From contig ADNK01000727.1 of assembly GCA_000320545.1 (NCBI GenBank), positions 1-39,336 of the forward strand: 39,336 bases of DNA, written 5' to 3'. Position numbers and translations under genes: made by a program. The DNA is from Bigelowiella natans CCMP2755 (lineage: Eukaryota > Protista > Cercozoa). Shown in pieces: positions 32,324 to 39,336 of the stretch; within the stretch, counting starts at the first letter, position 1; every line of letters starts with the position of its first letter. The notes under the pieces are model-generated. The model was not told the DNA's origin and made no database searches. It saw only the letters and a list, made by a program, of their open reading frames with translations.

Positions 32324-33853
32324 GCGTCGGACTTCTGGTCAAGAACGTGGCCAAGTGAGAAGATGGAAAAGGGCTCCCTGACCAACACAGTTTGCAGCAT
32401 CACCCTTGAGGGTGGCGATTTCAAGCTGCGGAGCGAGGACCGTCGGGACCTCAGCGAGCGGAAAGAGAAATGTGGGTTGGTGTGCCAAGTCTCTGACACG
32501 CATGCTGAGGTCAAAACTGAAGATGCGCAGAGGATGTGCGTGCCCGCTCGCAGTCGCCGTTCTCTGCTCTGCAGTCTCCATTTCCCTGATCATCAGGGGG
32601 AGCACACTCTTGTCCGCAGGCTCCAGCCCCACTGCACTCCCAACAAGCAGGAACACGTGCGGGAGTTTCTGAAGCACTGCACCTGTTGCACCTCTGAGCC
32701 GCAGATGCTTCTCCGCCGCGAGTCCCCCAAGTCCAAGCAACAGTCTGTCATCCAAGCGGACAAGCACTTGGACGTGGCACAACTGGACGTGTGCTCTCGT
32801 GGGGACCAGAACTGCCTCACGTTTGCGGATGTCAAAACGAAGAGGGTGTGGGTCAGGAAGCTTCTCAAGAAGGGCGCCGCGAAAAAGAACAAGGGCGCCC
32901 ACAAGCGCAAAGTGCTGGAACAGCATGTGATCTGGGAGTCCAGCTTGGGCCAAGTGCCCAAGCAGTTGCGGATGGACAATGAGGATGCGTCAATCGCTGT
33001 TCCTCACAAGAACATCCGCGCTCACCCGGCTCACCGTCCCCAGAACAATGGCATCATGGAGAGGGCTCATCAGGAGGTTGCACGTCTGTGCAGGTCGATG
33101 AATTCGACCCCTGATGAAGTGTGCAAGTGCCTCCGTGTCAACTTGGAACCCCTCCAGCCTGCACTTGAAGCTGGGGGAGGCGAGGAGCACAAGGTGAAGT
33201 GTGGGCTAGCTTCAAAGCAAGCTCAGCCGTCAGCCAACATTGCCACGGCGTCGGCACATGACGGTGGGACTCTCGAACCGGGAAGCTTGGTGCTCGTCAA
33301 AGTGCACTCCCGCTCCCGGAAGAAAAGCGATCCTGCATGGGTGGGACCGTTTGAGGCACAGAGTCGTGCCTCCACCAAGTCACACTTCCTGAAGCGCAAT
33401 GACAGGCTGTCTCACCGTCACATCGACGATGTGAAACCGTTCTCCTTGGCCGACGAGACTTTCAAAGACTCCAAGGTGAACCCTGTTGTGTTCGAAAAAG
33501 GGAAAAGCCACTCAGGCAAGATGCCAAAGAGCTTCGACGTGAAACATGAGAACCTGAATGCGGACTGCTCCGGGGACTGGAAAGGTGAGACCGTGTGGTT
33601 GGGACGTCCGGGAGGGGAAGAGCTTGAACGAGTTGTGTCCAAGTTGAAGCTGCGAGGCTTCAAGTCAGCCGTGCTCGTCGTCCCCGAAGTTCCCTTCCGT
33701 GATTGGTGTGCCACGTTGGAGGGCATTCGGAACGCCCGTTGGCATGGAGTTGAGCCCGGAGATGAGCACCAGTTTTGGGTGGACTCATCGGGCCGCCCCC
33801 ACTGCAAGCCCCCTGTTGCTTGGTGGGTTGTGAGGATTGCTGGCAAAGGGTGA
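32324..33853 (+). pseudogene. Pol 3' part: integrase (HHCC, DDE, GPF) plus a C-terminal adenine-methyltransferase-like domain
   Basis: LHFPDH...CTCC; QLDV, RMDNE, PQNNGIMER; WVGPF. Begins ASDFWSR, completing the RNase H terminal motif. No Tyr in the translation. Confidence 0.92.
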
Positions 33854-33863
33854 ATTCGCGTCT

Positions 33864-33871
33864 GAGGGAGG
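33864..33871 (+). promoter_or_regulatory. Polypurine tract
   Basis: GAGGGAGG immediately before the 3' LTR TG. Confidence 0.75.
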
Positions 33872-34416
33872 TGATGTGCGCCATGCCATCAGAGCTGCGC
33901 CATTTCTCTGCTGAGACGCTCAACCCTGCAGCAAGCAGCAGCAGCAAGCTCAATCCTTCAGCTGGACAAGTTGCAATCCAAACGTCCTTCCACATGGATG
34001 CAGCTCAGCTTCAAGGACATCGATCCTTGAAGCACAATTTGGTCATCAGACATCAGTTTGGATGCAGCTCTGGTCATCAGACATCAGTTCAGATGTGGCT
34101 CTGGTCATTGGCGCAGACGCAATCCACCGGGAGCCAGTGCTCCGTGGATGTGGTCAGCACAGTGCAGTTGGCACGATGTGGCAACGACAATCCTCTGACG
34201 GGATGTCGTGGTCCTTGTCGCAAGGAACAATGTCGCGATTGGCGCCCTTGCGACAGCACATCACGTTGACACGTGCAGACAGCCGAAGCTTCTCGAAAGC
34301 TTCGGGAAACAATTCGGAACATCAATTTGCGCGCCAAATGCTGTCAATGCGCAAACATGTGACGGAAGTGAAATCATGATTGCAAGTGAAACAGACAAGT
34401 GCCTTCGCGCATTGCA
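33872..34416 (+). repeat. 3' LTR
   Basis: Direct repeat of 7625-8169, followed by TSD TGCG. Confidence 0.96.
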
Positions 34417-35123
34417 TGCGCACACTGGCATGCGACCAGCCTGCGCGTGCGCATCACAACTCCGTCAAACCCGCGGCAACGAGCGGGGTTTGCATGCAGC
34501 CCCACTAGCCCATGGAGCCATTGATCTTGCATCGACCTGCTGGCTAGCTGGATGAACACGCACGTGCTAGCATACATGCTCATCTAGTCATGTGTTCATG
34601 TGCCGCGCCTCATGCATTGCTACCAGTTACGTTGTTGCAGGTTTCGCGTACGTCAAATTTCATTTTGCACAATCACAGTGTGCATCGATCATGGTCATTG
34701 AAGTGATTTGAAGAGATGATTTTCTTCATCATTTGTGACGTGATTGACATGGAGATGAAACAAACATGAGCAATGCATGCAGATCACTCTCGTCCCATGT
34801 GTTTCTTCGGGTTCGTTATTCTAGTCTAACATGCCCTACGGGTTGATCATTCCCATCTAATATTCATCATGGCTAAAATTACTAACTAATTTACTCTGAA
34901 ACTTCTAAAAGTTAAGCGTTCTTCAAGGAAAACACACGTTAAGTACTACGGAGTTTCCGGCAAAATCACATTTTGCTTTCATTTAAAGGGGTTTTTAAAG
35001 GGGGTATGTACAATAAGATGAGCATCAGCTATAGCTCACTTCCGTAAATTATTCACTGCGTCACAACAAATGCAAAAGGATAAGAATTTTGCTTCGCTAT
35101 TGTGCGAGAATGTCTGAATTCCA

Positions 35124-35729
35124 TTAGGCCACTCTAATTGGGCTAGGAGGTGCAGTGGCAACTAACCACTTGCGTCTACTTTTCATCCGATACTCCATCC
35201 AACCAGCATCTGTTTTCATGCGCAGACTTGGCGATAAATGGGCATAGATTGCCTGTAAAAGAGAATTCGTATACTCTTGGTGGTCCAGTTTTCTAGGGCT
35301 ACGTCTAAGCAATTCAGCGATCGTGAAACCCCGTTTCGTAATACTGATTCCATTTTCTAAAGTATGGTCTCTGCAAAGGTTATCCAAGAAATCCCAAGTG
35401 AATGCCCATTTCTTGTTGTTATTAGAGTCTACGTATGTGACAATTTCGCCACGCTTGAATAAATTGTATAAGTCCGTCCATTTCTCCCTCGTAATTTTTG
35501 CAACGGCATCTTTCAGGACAAGATGGCAAGCCGTGATGGACTCCATGAGCTCCCCCATGATGCTTTTCTTCTCTGCTTGTGGGTACGAACGCACGGTAAC
35601 AGTAGAATCCGCATCGAACTTCTTCACCAGGTTCTCGCCAAAACTGACAACTCGATTAGTTGGCTTCCCCATTTTATGCGGCGAGAAAATCCCCCTCTCC
35701 ACCGCGCATATGCAAGGCATCGGAGGCAT
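35124..35729 (-). CDS. Hypothetical protein, intronless, about 200 aa
   Basis: ATG-started ORF with globular composition and normal Tyr/TA content. No family recognised. Confidence 0.6.
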   Translation of the reverse strand: MPPMPCICAVERGIFSPHKMGKPTNRVVSFGENLVKKFDADSTVTVRSYPQAEKKSIMGELMESITACHLVLKDAVAKITREKWTDLYNLFKRGEIVTYVDSNNNKKWAFTWDFLDNLCRDHTLENGISITKRGFTIAELLRRSPRKLDHQEYTNSLLQAIYAHLSPSLRMKTDAGWMEYRMKSRRKWLVATAPPSPIRVA

Positions 35730-36069
35730 AGTAATTAATGAAATCTGATCGTGAGGTGAGCCACGAATTGCGTGTCCTCCGTTGGCTATGGATAGCTAGC
35801 AGCCACGCTTGCCCCTACACGCTTTTCAAGACTGAAAGAGAAACAAATAGTAAGAGTTAAAGATATTCTTTAGGGTAGTATTATGACTATTTAATTAATT
35901 AGCGACAACATAATATACTTATTTATGTATGATATATATATTGTATTTATTCATTTTACTATATTTAGAAAAATATTATAGAGCTTAATAATGCTTCAAA
36001 TTAGTTGGTTTCTCTTGATTTACTCCTAATTGTTAAAAAAGCCTATGTATTATCAAAATAATGATGGTC

Positions 36070-39130
<3,061 letters not shown>

Positions 39131-39336
39131 AGCGTTTACTCTTCAATAAGTGCTCCCCCCCCCCCCCCCCCCCTCAAATCGGGATGTATGTTTTTAGTAA
39201 TTGGGAAGAGATGCAAATGATGTTATTAAAGATGCTCATTGTGGACGGGCGACACGCTCTAATCATGGACTCTGGGAAGGAACTCTAGGCCACATACTTT
39301 GTCATCGCACTAAGCTTACTCCGTACAATAATAAGC

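Larger units (their letters stand above)
7625..34416 (+). mobile_element. Full-length Ty3/Gypsy LTR retrotransposon interrupted by a nested viral element
   Basis: Two 545-bp direct repeats TG...CA; TSD TGCG at 7621-7624 and 34417-34420; domain order gag-PR-RT-RH-IN; PBS and PPT present. Confidence 0.96.

Noticed and set aside
8221-33853. Alternative genetic code or natural Tyr-free proteins
   Set aside because: TA loss also affects non-coding LTRs/TIRs and codon boundaries, and varies within a single ORF; neighbouring genes use Tyr normally.
7625-34416. CpG methylation decay or fungal-type RIP as the cause of CA/TG excess
   Set aside because: CpG is abundant in gag-pol, TA is lost rather than gained, and conserved Tyr, Lys and stop codons revert only through TA.
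8300-34560. Many overlapping antisense and alternate-frame ORFs
   Set aside because: By-product of TAA/TAG depletion; they show no motifs.

Overview
Eukaryotic nuclear DNA with intron-rich genes and microsatellites, probably from an alga with a secondary plastid. A chlorarachniophyte-like host is my inference only. Host genes occupy 1-7000 (3' part of an unknown gene, an NXD1-like gene, Nup54) and 35100-39336. Between them is a nested mobile structure. (1) A complete Ty3/Gypsy LTR retrotransposon (7625-34416) with 545-bp TG...CA LTRs, a 4-bp TSD TGCG, a PBS and a PPT; its integrase carries a C-terminal adenine-methyltransferase-like domain. (2) Its pol is split exactly between RNase H and integrase by a ~20.7-kb Polinton-like virus (11635-32323) with ~340-bp TIRs, a PolB-SF1 helicase-HNH fusion, A32 ATPase, major and minor capsid proteins, a fibre and a GIY-YIG nuclease. 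(3) An intron-containing Crinkler-like NTPase-nuclease gene sits just inside the left TIR. The main signal is that both mobile elements are hypermutated by A:T->G:C transitions at TpA (secondarily ApT) on both strands. TA is almost erased, Tyr becomes His/Cys, TAA/TAG stops are lost and catalytic motifs are broken (YVDD->HVDD, GKS->GES). The two LTRs differ at reciprocal CA/TG sites, so the mutation happened in chromosomal DNA after integration. It looks like an adenine-targeted, inverse-RIP genome-defence process that spares host genes and a ~4-kb island around the Crinkler-like gene.
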